Source: Candidatus Peribacter riflensis
GTDB lineage: Bacteria; Patescibacteriota; Gracilibacteria; Peribacterales; Peribacteraceae
Reading direction: 5' to 3'
Length of the DNA stretch: 32,000 bases
NCBI GenBank assembly: GCA_001430755.1
Contig: CP013062.1
Span: 1,170,001-1,202,000, forward strand
Position numbers and translations under genes: made by a program. The number at the start of each line of letters is the position of its first letter. The first letter of the stretch is position 1. The notes under the pieces are model-generated. The model ran no database searches. It was not told the DNA's origin and saw only the letters and a program-made list of their open reading frames with translations. Shown here one piece after another: positions 16,715 through 26,362 of the stretch.

Positions 16715-17728
16715 CTAGCCAAGCAGCCTCCGTTTGAGCTGCAGCAGACGTTTGGCAACTGGTCGCAGCACGATTTCCTGCTCCGGTGGGTAGGTCACGA
16801 CGGTCCCGCCGAACTTCTCTTTGAAGCCGCTCACGCCCTGCCAGGGGTGGTCTAAGGGAGCGTCTAGGGGGGCGATGCCGAAGAGGTCATAGGAAGTACA
16901 GCCGCAAGCCTTGCAATGTTGCATGGCAGCCCACTGGAGCGCGTAGGGAGCCATGAGGGCTCTGTGGTCGTGATCAGAGGCCCCGTAGTAGTAGTAGGCC
17001 TTTGAGCCCCAGATCACGCCCAGAAGTCCTGCAATGGGTTCGCCTTGCTCCGTATGGGCAATACACAGGAAACTCCCCGGCAATTCCTGCAAAAACATCT
17101 CGTAGTGCCGCCTCGAATGAATAGAAAAGTTATCACGATGTCCAGTTTTCTTGATGAGGTCAAAAAAGACGCCAATGTCCTCCGATTGCTGCACATGGAT
17201 GCCATGTTTCTCCGCTACCGAGATGTTGTAGCGTCCCTTGGGCTTCATCTGCTTCAGAATATCCGTTTCGGATATCTCCAGATTGATGATGCGCGTGGCA
17301 GAGGGTTGTTCGTGACGGGACGAAGCTTGTAGGTTGCCTGCCCGGATGACTCGGTCGGACGGGTAGCTTGCAGCTTGTAACAGAGTAAGGGGGGAGAGAT
17401 ACAGGCTGAGGCATCGGCTCATTTTCGCATCTGCAATAATCGTTTCTAAAAAATTTCCTCTGTTCTTAGTCCTTAGTCCTAAGTCCCAAATTGGTCCTCG
17501 TGGTATATCCCACGTTGAAAGTCCAAAGGCTGTCTTGTCGATGACGACAAGTACGGAAGCGAAGATCTGCGTCCCTTCCAGAAGGGCGTAGATTCTCACC
17601 TCCCGCCCGAGTGCCTCCTGATACTTCTTCCACTCCGGGGATTGCCACAGTGAGCCATCCGGCAGGGACCGCTGCCACGCGCTGAAGAGTGCCAGATCCT
17701 GTGGAGTGGTGAGTAGATGCGTCTCCAT
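16715..17728 (-). CDS. FemAB-family peptidoglycan interpeptide-bridge (aminoacyl-tRNA-dependent) transferase
   Basis: 337 aa. Family-typical strings: [91 protein letters not shown]. Confidence 0.8.
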   Translation of the reverse strand: METHLLTTPQDLALFSAWQRSLPDGSLWQSPEWKKYQEALGREVRIYALLEGTQIFASVLVVIDKTAFGLSTWDIPRGPIWDLGLRTKNRGNFLETIIADAKMSRCLSLYLSPLTLLQAASYPSDRVIRAGNLQASSRHEQPSATRIINLEISETDILKQMKPKGRYNISVAEKHGIHVQQSEDIGVFFDLIKKTGHRDNFSIHSRRHYEMFLQELPGSFLCIAHTEQGEPIAGLLGVIWGSKAYYYYGASDHDHRALMAPYALQWAAMQHCKACGCTSYDLFGIAPLDAPLDHPWQGVSGFKEKFGGTVVTYPPEQEIVLRPVAKRLLQLKRRLLG

Positions 17729-17819
17729 GCACAGAGATCGTACCAGCTATTCAAAGCATGGTCTTACGATTGCTGTCCAGTGTGGGGAACGGGTATCCTT
17801 TGCAATTCCCCCCTCATTT

Positions 17820-18419
17820 ATGGCTTATACCCTCCCAACACTCCCGTTCGCCTTCGATGCGCTCGAGCCGCACATTGATGCGAAGACGATGGAGATTCAC
17901 TACGGCAAGCACCATCAGACGTACTGCGACAACGCCAACAAGTTTCTTGCGGGTACGCCCCTTGAGGGCAGGCCCATCGAGGATGTGCTCAAGAACCTGG
18001 AGCAGATTCCTGCCGACAAACGCACGGCGGTCCGTAACCACGGCGGGGGCTACGCCAACCACAACATGTTCTGGACAGTTCTGGGACCCAAGAGCACCGG
18101 GCCCTCTGGCAGTCTTGCCGACGCGATCACGAAGGCATTCGGCAGCGTCGATGCCTTTCGCGAAAAGTTTGAGGCAGCAGCGCTCGGGCAATTCGGATCC
18201 GGTTGGGCGTGGCTCGTCAAAAACGGCGGCCAGCTCGAAGTCCTCAATCTTCCCAATCAGGATTCGCCGCTCTCGATCGGCAAGACTCCGGTTCTCTGTC
18301 TCGACGTGTGGGAGCATGCGTACTACCTGAAGTATCAGAATCGCCGCGCAGAGTACGTGAAGGCCTTTTGGAGTGTGGTGAACTGGGAAGAGGTGGGACG
18401 CAGATTTGAAGCTGTATAA
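17820..18419 (+). CDS. sod: Fe/Mn superoxide dismutase
   Basis: [35 protein letters not shown]...[13 protein letters not shown]...GSGWAWLV...[18 protein letters not shown] carries the canonical Fe/Mn-SOD signatures. Start chosen at MAYTLP; the ORF maximum 17706 overlaps femAB. Confidence 0.93.
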   Translation: MAYTLPTLPFAFDALEPHIDAKTMEIHYGKHHQTYCDNANKFLAGTPLEGRPIEDVLKNLEQIPADKRTAVRNHGGGYANHNMFWTVLGPKSTGPSGSLADAITKAFGSVDAFREKFEAAALGQFGSGWAWLVKNGGQLEVLNLPNQDSPLSIGKTPVLCLDVWEHAYYLKYQNRRAEYVKAFWSVVNWEEVGRRFEAV

Positions 18420-18425
18420 AAGCAG

Positions 18426-18480
18426 AAAGGAACGAAAGGGTAGAGAGGAATGAAAAGAGTGATCCTTTCGTTCCTTTTTT
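18426..18480 (+). terminator. Hairpin terminator after sod
   Basis: AAAGGAACGAAAGG (18426-18439) pairs with CCTTTCGTTCCTTT (18464-18477) as a 14-bp perfect stem with a 24-nt loop. It runs into a T-tract. Confidence 0.6.
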
Positions 18481-18518
18481 CTCTTTTCTTTCCTTTTCAA
18501 TTTCAAGCAGTTATTGGT

Positions 18519-18546
18519 TTGACTGCCCCATCAAAGCCTTTAGAAT
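18519..18546 (+). promoter_or_regulatory. Putative sigma70-type promoter upstream of rpoB
   Basis: TTGACT (18519-18524), a 16-nt spacer, then TAGAAT (18541-18546). Confidence 0.4.
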
Positions 18547-18668
18547 GCTCGCGATCGCAGCAGTAACGATTGCGTAGTGAGCGCTGCACGCCTCACCATC
18601 GGACTCCCGCCCATTCTTTTGAAGGGCGCCGGGAGATCGGGTGTGTGTATTTCCTCCCTCCCCTTCCC

Positions 18669-21600
18669 ATGCCGAAGAAGGTTGCGCGCAAAACTACAAA
18701 ATCCAAGCCCGTTGCAAAGAAAACCCCTCCGAAGAAAGTAGCCCACGGTAAGGCGAAGGTGCATGCCGTAGCGAAGCAGCCGGCGCCCGTTGCCAGCAAG
18801 AAGCCCGTGCCTCTCGTGCTGGCCAAGAAACCGGCCCTGCCGCCCAAGCGCACCTATCGTATTCATGTGGAGGAGAAGATCCTGCCGCAGATTGTGCCGC
18901 CGATCGTGCCCCCCGCAGGGCGACTGCCGGCATCCATCCGCAATCTTCCCGCGCATCTCACGCCGAAGCGCATGACCGACGGACGCGTGTTTTTGACGGA
19001 GGAGGAGAACATTTCAGAAATTCTGCCGTCCTTGATCGAGATGCAGATCTTGAGTTACCGGTGGTTCCTGACAGAGGGTATCAAGGAGCTTCTCGAAGAG
19101 ATCAGCCCGATCACCGATTTCTCCGGTCGCAAGATGGAGCTCCGGATTCTCGGTCACGCCTTCGATCCTGCCAAGTACGACCCCGAGACATGCCGCCGCC
19201 GCAACCTCACCTACGAGGCGGCCATGAAGGGTCATGTGCAGCTCATCAATAAAGAGACAGGTGAAATCAAGGAGCAGGATGTCTTCCTTGGTTCGATCCC
19301 GCTCATGACGAATACGGGCACCTTCATCGTCGGAGGCATCGAGCGCGTGGTGGTGCACCAGCTCGTTCGCTCGCCGGGCGTCTTCTTCAGCAAAATGCCC
19401 GACTACCCCAAGTACAATGCCGCCAAGATCATCCCCAAGCGCGGCGTGTGGCTGGAGATCGAGACGGATCGTCGCGGCATCATCACCTGCAAGATCGACC
19501 GCAAGCGCAAGATCCCGATCACGCAGCTGCTGCGTGTGTTCGGCTACGCCACGGACCAGAAGATCCTCGACCTCTTCGCTTCGGTAAAGGGCAAGGATGC
19601 CGACTACATTCTCACCACGCTCGAGAAGGATTCCGTGCGCACCCTCGAAGACGCATACCAGAGCATCTACAGAAAGATCCGCCCCGGCGATCTGGCCACG
19701 CCTGAGAATGCCAAACAGCTCATCGACTCACTCTTCTTCGACTTCAAGAAGTACGACATGGGGCAGATCGCCCGCTACAAGCTCAATCGGCGTTTCGGTT
19801 TCAAGACGGACAATGACGAATCGCACCGCGTCTTCCAGGTGGGGGACTTTGTGGCGATTCTCAAAGAGCTCATCAACCTGAATAACGGCAAGGGTGTGCC
19901 GGATGACATCGATCACCTGGCCAACCGTCGCATCCGTTCCGTAGGCGAACTCGTGCAGAACAAGTACCGCGTGGGACTGGTCCGCACGGAGCGCATCATC
20001 AAAGACCGCATGACCGTGCTCGACATGGAGACGGTCACGCCCACCCAGCTCATCAACTGCCGGCCCATTACTGCGGCCATGCGGGAGTTCTTTGCGAGCT
20101 CCCAGTTGAGTCAATTCATGGACCAGACCAATCCGCTTGCAGAGCTCTCGCACAAGCGCCGTCTGTCGGCCATGGGCCCGGGCGGTCTCTCGCGCGAGCG
20201 CGCGTCCTTCGACGTCCGTGACGTGCACCCCAGTCACTACGGCCGCATCTGTCCGATCGCCACGCCGGAGGGTCCGAACATCGGTCTTGTGGTGCACTTG
20301 GCGGCGCTGGCCCGCGTGAATCCCTACGGGTTCCTCGAGACGCCGTACCGTGAAGTGAAGAATCTGGTTCCGCTGGATCCCGACAAGCTGCATGGGCGCA
20401 TGCTGGGCGATACGATCCGCGAAGACCGCAAGGTGCTTGCCAAAGAGGGCGATTTGATTGAGACCAAGGAGCTCGCCCGCAAAATCGTTTCTCTCTGCCG
20501 TCAGGAGGGGAAGCCCGGTGTACCCGTGCGTCCCTACGTGACGGGAAAGTTCCTCTACGTCGATGCCGAGCAGGAGCGCCATCTCACCATTGCGCAGGCG
20601 CAGACCAAGTACTCCGAGATGGGCGAATTCCTCTCGACGACGATTTCTGCCCGCCGCAGCGGTGAACCGGTGCTCGCGGATGTCCGCGACATCACGCACG
20701 TCGACGTGACCCCCAAGCAGATTCTGTCGGAGTCCACATCGCTCATCCCGTTCCTGGAGCACGACGACAACACGCGTGCATCCATGGGAACGAACATGCA
20801 ACGCCAGTCCGTACCGCTCATCCGTCCCGCAGCCCCGCTCGTGGGCACGGGTATCGAGGGTCTGACGGCGCGCGCATCGGGGCAGGCCATTCTGGCGGAG
20901 GAGGACGGCGAAGTGGTGGCCGTGGATGCCTCGCACATCGCTGTCGTCTACCGGTCCGGTCGCAAAGATCAGATCACGCTCTCCACGTTCGTACGTTCAA
21001 ACCAGGGCACGTGTTTCCTGGCGCGGCCGCGCGTGCGCGTGGGCGACAAGGTGCACCGCGGGTCCGTGCTGGCGGATGGTTCCGCCACAGAGGGAGGGGA
21101 GCTGGCGTTGGGCCAGAACCTGCTCGTTGCCTACCTGTCATGGGAGGGCGCGAACTTCGAAGATGCCGTGATCATTTCGGACCGTGTGGTGCGTGATGGC
21201 TACTTCGACTCCATCCACATCGAGTCGTACGTGACGGATGTGCGCGATACCAAATTGGGTTCCGAGACCGTCACGCGCGATATCCCGAATGTAGGTGAGG
21301 CGAAGCTCAAAGATCTGGATGCCGATGGTGTGGTGCGGATCGGTGCCACGGTGCATGAGGGCGACATTCTCGTCGGCAAGATCACGCCCAAAGGCGAGAC
21401 CGAGCTCACGCCGGAGGAACGCCTGTTACAGGCAATCTTCGGTGACAAGGCCAAGGACGTCAAAGATTCTTCCCTCCGCCTGCCTGGCGGAGCGGGTGGC
21501 AAGGTGGTGGACGTGCACGTGTTCGACCGTGCCGAAGGTGATGAGCTGCCCACGGGCGTCATCAAGCAGATCAAGGTCTTCGTCGCCCAGACCCGCAAGA

Positions 21601-22556
21601 TCCAGGTGGGAGACAAGATGGCCGGCCGTCACGGCAACAAAGGCGTCGTTTCGCGCATTGTGCCGGTGGAGGACATGCCATACCTCGAAGACGGCACGCC
21701 GGTGGATGTGATCTTGAACCCCCTCGGCGTTACATCACGCATGAACATCGGTCAGATTCTCGAGACGCATCTGGGGTGGGCCTGCGACAAGCTGGGTATC
21801 AAGATCGCCACGCCCGCACTCAACGGTATCTCTGTGGATCAAATCGAAGACTTTCTGAAGGCGGCGGGGCTTCCGGCCGACGGCAAAGTGCAGCTCTTCG
21901 ATGGGCGCACCGGCGAGCCCTTCTCACACAAGACGACGGTGGGCATCGTGTACATGCTCAAGCTTCTCCACCTCGTTGAAGACAAGATCCACGCCCGCAG
22001 CGTCGGACCGTACTCGCTCGTGACGCAGCAGCCGCTGGGAGGCAAGGCGCAGCACGGAGGCCAGCGCTTCGGAGAAATGGAAGTGTGGGCGCTGGAGGCC
22101 TACGGAGCGGCATACACGCTGCAGGAGATGCTGACGATCAAGTCCGATGACGTGATCGGCCGCAGCAAGGCCTACGAGGCCATCGTGAAGGGCGAACAGA
22201 TCCGTCGTCCCTCCATTCCAGAGTCCTTCAATGTGTTGGTCAAAGAGCTCCAGGCACTGGGACTCAAAGTCGAACTTCTGAAGTTCAAGGATGAAGTGCG
22301 GCCCGAAGAGCGCACGACGCTGGAAGAAGGGGAGATCGAGCAGGTGGAGCTCCGTTCCCGTGTCGAGGCCGAAGCCGAAGCCGAAGAGATCCTCAATGCG
22401 ACCGAGAAGATCTCGGAACTCGAGACGCCTGCGAGTGAAACGACCGAAGAAGTCGTCGGCGGCATCGAAGAGGGTGAGGCAGTCGAGGCTTCGGGCATCA
22501 CAGCCAAGGAGGAGATGAAAGAGTCGGTGAGTGAAGAGGCGATGGATGATGCTTAG
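18669..22556 (+). CDS. rpoB: DNA-directed RNA polymerase beta subunit
   Basis: Conserved RpoB blocks: PSLIEMQILSYRWFL, GTFIVGGIERVVVHQLVRSPGVFF, LSQFMDQTNPLAELSHKRRLSAMGPGGL, HPSHYGRICPIATPEGPNIGL, NMQRQSVPL, GDKMAGRHGNKGVVSRI, GGQRFGEMEVWALEAYGAAYTLQEMLTIKSDD. Start taken at MPKKVARK (18669). ATG 18972 (MTDGRVF) is the conservative alternative, and the ORF maximum is 18570. Confidence 0.93.
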   Translation: MPKKVARKTTKSKPVAKKTPPKKVAHGKAKVHAVAKQPAPVASKKPVPLVLAKKPALPPKRTYRIHVEEKILPQIVPPIVPPAGRLPASIRNLPAHLTPKRMTDGRVFLTEEENISEILPSLIEMQILSYRWFLTEGIKELLEEISPITDFSGRKMELRILGHAFDPAKYDPETCRRRNLTYEAAMKGHVQLINKETGEIKEQDVFLGSIPLMTNTGTFIVGGIERVVVHQLVRSPGVFFSKMPDYPKYNAAKIIPKRGVWLEIETDRRGIITCKIDRKRKIPITQLLRVFGYATDQKILDLFASVKGKDADYILTTLEKDSVRTLEDAYQSIYRKIRPGDLATPENAKQLIDSLFFDFKKYDMGQIARYKLNRRFGFKTDNDESHRVFQVGDFVAILKELINLNNGKGVPDDIDHLANRRIRSVGELVQNKYRVGLVRTERIIKDRMTVLDMETVTPTQLINCRPITAAMREFFASSQLSQFMDQTNPLAELSHKRRLSAMGPGGLSRERASFDVRDVHPSHYGRICPIATPEGPNIGLVVHLAALARVNPYGFLETPYREVKNLVPLDPDKLHGRMLGDTIREDRKVLAKEGDLIETKELARKIVSLCRQEGKPGVPVRPYVTGKFLYVDAEQERHLTIAQAQTKYSEMGEFLSTTISARRSGEPVLADVRDITHVDVTPKQILSESTSLIPFLEHDDNTRASMGTNMQRQSVPLIRPAAPLVGTGIEGLTARASGQAILAEEDGEVVAVDASHIAVVYRSGRKDQITLSTFVRSNQGTCFLARPRVRVGDKVHRGSVLADGSATEGGELALGQNLLVAYLSWEGANFEDAVIISDRVVRDGYFDSIHIESYVTDVRDTKLGSETVTRDIPNVGEAKLKDLDADGVVRIGATVHEGDILVGKITPKGETELTPEERLLQAIFGDKAKDVKDSSLRLPGGAGGKVVDVHVFDRAEGDELPTGVIKQIKVFVAQTRKIQVGDKMAGRHGNKGVVSRIVPVEDMPYLEDGTPVDVILNPLGVTSRMNIGQILETHLGWACDKLGIKIATPALNGISVDQIEDFLKAAGLPADGKVQLFDGRTGEPFSHKTTVGIVYMLKLLHLVEDKIHARSVGPYSLVTQQPLGGKAQHGGQRFGEMEVWALEAYGAAYTLQEMLTIKSDDVIGRSKAYEAIVKGEQIRRPSIPESFNVLVKELQALGLKVELLKFKDEVRPEERTTLEEGEIEQVELRSRVEAEAEAEEILNATEKISELETPASETTEEVVGGIEEGEAVEASGITAKEEMKESVSEEAMDDA

Positions 22557-22581
22557 GAGGGATGAGGGATTAGAACTGAGA

Positions 22582-22607
22582 AACGGCTCCGCGGGGGGCC
22601 GTTTTTT
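22582..22607 (+). terminator. Rho-independent terminator directly after rpoB
   Basis: AACGGCTCC GCG GGGGGCCGTT (one T.G pair) followed by TTTTTG, 26 nt after the rpoB stop. Confidence 0.7.
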
Positions 22608-22756
22608 GTGCCGTTCCAGATGGATACAGAACGCCATAAAGCCCTTGCATAAGCCAAAAAGTCATCATCCCTACAAAATCATCCCTGCACAGGCCTCCCG
22701 GGAGCACTCTCGGGTCTTTAGCCTTGGGGATCCATATTTCTTTCCCCCTATTTTTT

Positions 22757-23128
22757 ATGTTCAACGTGAACCGCGTCACTCTGCTTGGGAACGTCACACG
22801 CGATCCTGAGGTACGGGCGACCAAGACCGGCGTTGCGGTCTCCTCTATTGGTTTCGCCACCAATCGCGCGTGGCGGGATACTGAAGGCAAGCTTGAGCGC
22901 GAGCCGGAGTATCACAACCTGGTGTGCTTCGGCCCGCTGGCCGAGTTCGCCGAAAAGCGCGTGAAGAAAGGCGCCCCCCTGTACGTCGAGGGCCGGCTGC
23001 ACACCAGCCGCTACGAAACCAAAAAAGGGGCTCCCGCCAGCCGCACCGAGATTCTGGTGGACCGCTTCGTGCTCCTCTCTTCCAGAAAGAAGGGAGCCGT
23101 AGAAGCGGCGGCAGCGGAAGAGGCATGA
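22757..23128 (+). CDS. ssb: Single-stranded DNA-binding protein, paralog 1 (123 aa)
   Basis: The OB-fold N-terminus is MFNVNRVTLLGNVTRDPEVRATKTGVAVSSIGFATNRAWRD...YHNLVCFGPLAEFAEKRVKKGAPLYVEGRLHTSRYE. The short tail ends AAAAEEA. Confidence 0.88.
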   Translation: MFNVNRVTLLGNVTRDPEVRATKTGVAVSSIGFATNRAWRDTEGKLEREPEYHNLVCFGPLAEFAEKRVKKGAPLYVEGRLHTSRYETKKGAPASRTEILVDRFVLLSSRKKGAVEAAAAEEA

Positions 23129-23242
23129 TCATTGGATTCTCCAGGTCACTCCTCCCTCTTTCAGGCCGGGGGAGGGGTTCTTGGGGGTGAAGACTCGCCG
23201 TACTGTCTGGCGCGGTTGTTTCTCTCTGCTTATCATGCAGAT

Positions 23243-23641
23243 ATGAAATCCGTTAACCGCGTCACCCTACTTGGCAATGTCACCAGAGATCCTGAATTCA
23301 AGCAGACGACTGGGGGTCAGGCGGTCTGTACCTTCGGGCTCGCGACGAACAGGACGTGGAAAGACCCGAAGGGCGAGAGACAGAGTCTGGCGGAATTCCA
23401 CAACATCGTGGCATGGGGCGGGCTTGCAGAGTTCTGCAACCAGTACATCAAGAAAGGAAAGCCCCTCTACCTCGAGGGCTACCTCAAAACCCGCAGTTGG
23501 GACGGGCCCGCAGGGTCCAAGATCTTCCGCACCGAGATCGTGGCGGAGAATGTCATTCTGGTAGGCCCCCGGGAGGCTGCAGATAATGGCTTAGAAACAG
23601 GGGTTTCTGGAGAGGGAGAATTGTCTACGGATGAGGGGTGA
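23243..23641 (+). CDS. ssb: Single-stranded DNA-binding protein, paralog 2 (132 aa)
   Basis: MKSVNRVTLLGNVTRDPEFKQTTGGQAVCTFGLATNRTWKD...FHNIVAWGGLAEFCNQYIKKGKPLYLEGYLKTRSWD. The tail ends GEGELSTDEG. Confidence 0.88.
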   Translation: MKSVNRVTLLGNVTRDPEFKQTTGGQAVCTFGLATNRTWKDPKGERQSLAEFHNIVAWGGLAEFCNQYIKKGKPLYLEGYLKTRSWDGPAGSKIFRTEIVAENVILVGPREAADNGLETGVSGEGELSTDEG

Positions 23642-23684
23642 GGTCTTCCGAACCGGGGGGAAATTCAGGTCGCAATCTTTCTCC

Positions 23685-23712
23685 TTGACTCGCTGTTTCT
23701 CCACAGTAAACT
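23685..23712 (+). promoter_or_regulatory. Putative promoter of the 23S-5S rRNA unit
   Basis: TTGACT (23685-23690), a 16-nt spacer, then TAAACT (23707-23712). It lies about 320 nt upstream of the mature 23S 5' end. Confidence 0.35.
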
Positions 23713-24600
23713 TCGGTGGCTCTATGTTTCTTTGTGCCTACCCGTAGCATTCGTTCCCCACACTTGTGGGGAGTTCTCGGATACTGCGGGTGTGCATAAG
23801 CCACCCGCTCTTTTTTATTCGGGCTCTGCCCGGGTAGAAAAGAAGAGCGACAGAATGGAGTAGGGCGGGCGGAAACGTACATCGCGTTCCTTCGCATCAC
23901 CGGCAGTGAAGAGAACAAGAATGATTACCATAAAGATCACGTGCGTAGTGTGCGGGCACATCCTGCCCGCTCCTTGCCCCGCATCAACAATGGTGTAGGG
24001 GTCCTGCGACACGTGAACAGCAATAATGAAAAACGTTACTCATCGCATCACATGGATGCCTCGACTCTGTACTCCGAAGAAGGACGTAGCCAGCTGCGAT
24101 AAGCCTCGGCAAGCCGCTAGGCAGGCGCTTGTAGCCGGGGATTTCCGAATGGGGAAACCCCATGGAAGTTATATTCCATGACCCCGCACTGTTAAGGTGT
24201 GGGGAGGTCACTCTGCGAACTGAAACATCTCAGTAGCAGGGGAAAAGAAATCAAATAGAGATTCTCCGAGTAGCGGCGAGCGAAAGGGGAACAGCCTAAA
24301 CCTCGTGCTTGCACGGGGGGTTGTAGGACCTCTTGTACCGATTCTGCTGTCATAGACGAACGTCCCTGGAACGGGCGGCCATAGCGGGTGAGAGCCCCGT
24401 AGTCGAAATGACAAAAGACGGGTGAGGATTCCTGAGTAAGGTCGGACACGTGAAATCCGGCCCGAATCCGGGTGGACCACCATCCAAGGCTAAACAGGTA
24501 CAGAGTTCAATAGCGGATAGTACCGTGAGGGAACGGTGAAAAGCACCCCGGAAGGGGGATGAAATAGTCTCTGAAATGTGATGCGTTCAAGGAATGGGAG

Positions 24601-24791
24601 CGGGTCCCACTTGTGGGTTCGACGGAGGTGGATGTTGTTGTACTCGAGTGGAGAAGAATTGTGAATAATGAATAAAGAATTATGAACGAATGATGCTTCT
24701 ATTTCCGTCATTCCTCATTCTTAATTCTTACTTCTTCATCCCTTTGAGAAAAGCAGCAATTATCCATCATCGAATCCAGAAGCGGGGCCCG
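24601..24791 (+). other. 23S helix-25-region expansion / possible intervening sequence (~190 nt) with an R2 AT-rich hairpin at its tip (24651-24740)
   Basis: Between the conserved GGAATGGGAGC and GTGACCGTGTGCCTTTTGCATAATGAGCC, E. coli has only a short hairpin. Here the base stem CGGGTCCC / GGGGCCCG encloses 191 nt, including GAGAAGAATTGTGAATAATGAATAAAGAATTATGAA...CATTCTTAATTCTTACTTCTTC. Confidence 0.75.
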
Positions 24792-25291
24792 TGACCGTGT
24801 GCCTTTTGCATAATGAGCCAACGAGTTTGTTGTCAGTGGCAAGGCTAAGGCAGTTCATAGCCGGAGCCGGAGCGAAAGCGAGTCTGAATAGGGCGTTTAG
24901 TCGCTGGCACAAGACCCGAAACCGGGTGAGCTATCCATGGGCAGGGTGAAGTCCCGCGAAAGCGGGATGAAGGCCCGAACCATTTGGTGTCACAAGACCA
25001 AGGGATGACCTGTGGATAGGAGCGAAAAACTTATCGAACCCGGAGATAGCTGGTTCTCCTCGAAATGCCTTTAGGGGCAGCCTCGTCACGCACGGCGGGG
25101 GGTAGAGCGACTGTTTGGGTGCGGGGGTCTTTTTGGACCTACCAAATCCTGACAAACTCCGAATACCCGCCCTTTGGTGACGGGAGTGAGACGGTGACGG
25201 CAAAGCGCCATCGTCGAAAGGGAAAGAGCCCAGACCATTTGCTAAGGTCCCCAATCGATCGCTCAGTGGTAAAGGAAGTGCAGGTGCATAA

Positions 25292-25326
<35 letters not shown>

Positions 25327-25659
25327 TAAAGAAAGCGTAACAGCTCACTGGTCTATGTATCTGTGCGCCGAAAATTACCGGGGCAAAGCGATCAACCGAA
25401 GCAATGGGTGTGCGGTTCCTTCGGGAGCCGTACGCAGTAGAGGAGCGTTCCGTCCAGCAGTGAAGCAGTATCGCGAGGTATTGTGGAGCGGACGGAAGCG
25501 AGAATGTTGGCATGAGTAACTACTAGGCAGGTGAAAACCCTGCCCGCCGAATCCCCAAGGTTTCCCACGCAACGTCAATCGGCGTGGGGTTAGTCGGTCC
25601 TAAGGCGAGGCCGAAAGGCGTAGCCGATGGAGAGCAGGTCAACATTCCTGCACCTCCTG

Positions 25660-25848
25660 AGGATCGTTCAAGGGCGGCAGTTGAACGTTTGTCCGACCTC
25701 TGTTCTCCACCATTTTGGAATTGAGAGGAATGATGAATAAAGAATTAGGAATTAAGGACAGTCTCCGTAATTCATAATTCATACTTCTTGATTCTCCTAC
25801 GATTCTAGAATGGTGGAGAATATGCCTGATGAAAAGGATACTGTCGTT
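25660..25848 (+). other. 23S domain III hairpin-tip expansion (~190 nt) with an R2 AT-rich hairpin at its tip (25718-25796)
   Basis: It is inserted between ATTCCTGCACCTCCTGAGG and TAGGAGCGGTGTGACGGAG, where E. coli has CTTGGTGTTACTGCGAAGGGGGGACGGAG. A 12-bp perfect extension stem TTCTCCACCATT (25703-25714) / AATGGTGGAGAA (25809-25820) carries GAATGATGAATAAAGAATTAGGAATTAAGG...TAATTCATAATTCATACTTCTTGATTC. Confidence 0.7.
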
Positions 25849-26308
25849 CTAGGAGCGGTGTGACGGAGAGGGACGTCCAGAGCGTCTCATTGACTTGACG
25901 TGGAAGGTACAAAGCGTTGATCCCGGGAGGGAAATCCCCCGGGTGAGCTGAGTGCCGATCCCGATTACTCCGCGCAAGCGGGGCGAGTCTGAACCGTTCC
26001 ACTCCCAAGAAAACCGTCGCTCCGAGAGTCTCAGGAGACCGTACCGCAAACCGACTCCGGTGGGGTGGTCGAGTAGACCAAGGTGAACGAGAGAACTCGC
26101 GTTAAGGAACTCGGCAATGAAGCGTCCGTAACTTCGGGATAAGGACTGCCCTTCTTCGCAAGAAGTTGGGCCGCAGCGAAAGAGCCCAGGCGACTGTTTA
26201 TCAAAAACACAGGTCCCTGCGAAGCCGTAAGGCAATGTATAGGGGCTGATGCCTGCCCAGTGTCAGAAGGTCACGTGAGAGGGTGTATGCCTTCAAACTA
26301 AGCCCTGA

Positions 26309-26362
<54 letters not shown>

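Noticed and set aside
17465-17485. The heptamer triplet CTTAGTC-CTTAGTC-CTAAGTC, considered as a sixth R2-like copy inserted into the femAB-family gene.
   Set aside because: It is 21 nt, in frame (encoding DLGLRTK), has no complementary arm and shares no long k-mer with the R2 copies. It is probably a small coding-sequence repeat.
19728-22637. Minus-strand ORFs of 402 aa (19728-20936) and 237 aa (21924-22637), plus smaller ones.
   Set aside because: They are antisense to the highly conserved rpoB and have no recognisable motifs. They are a GC-driven artefact.
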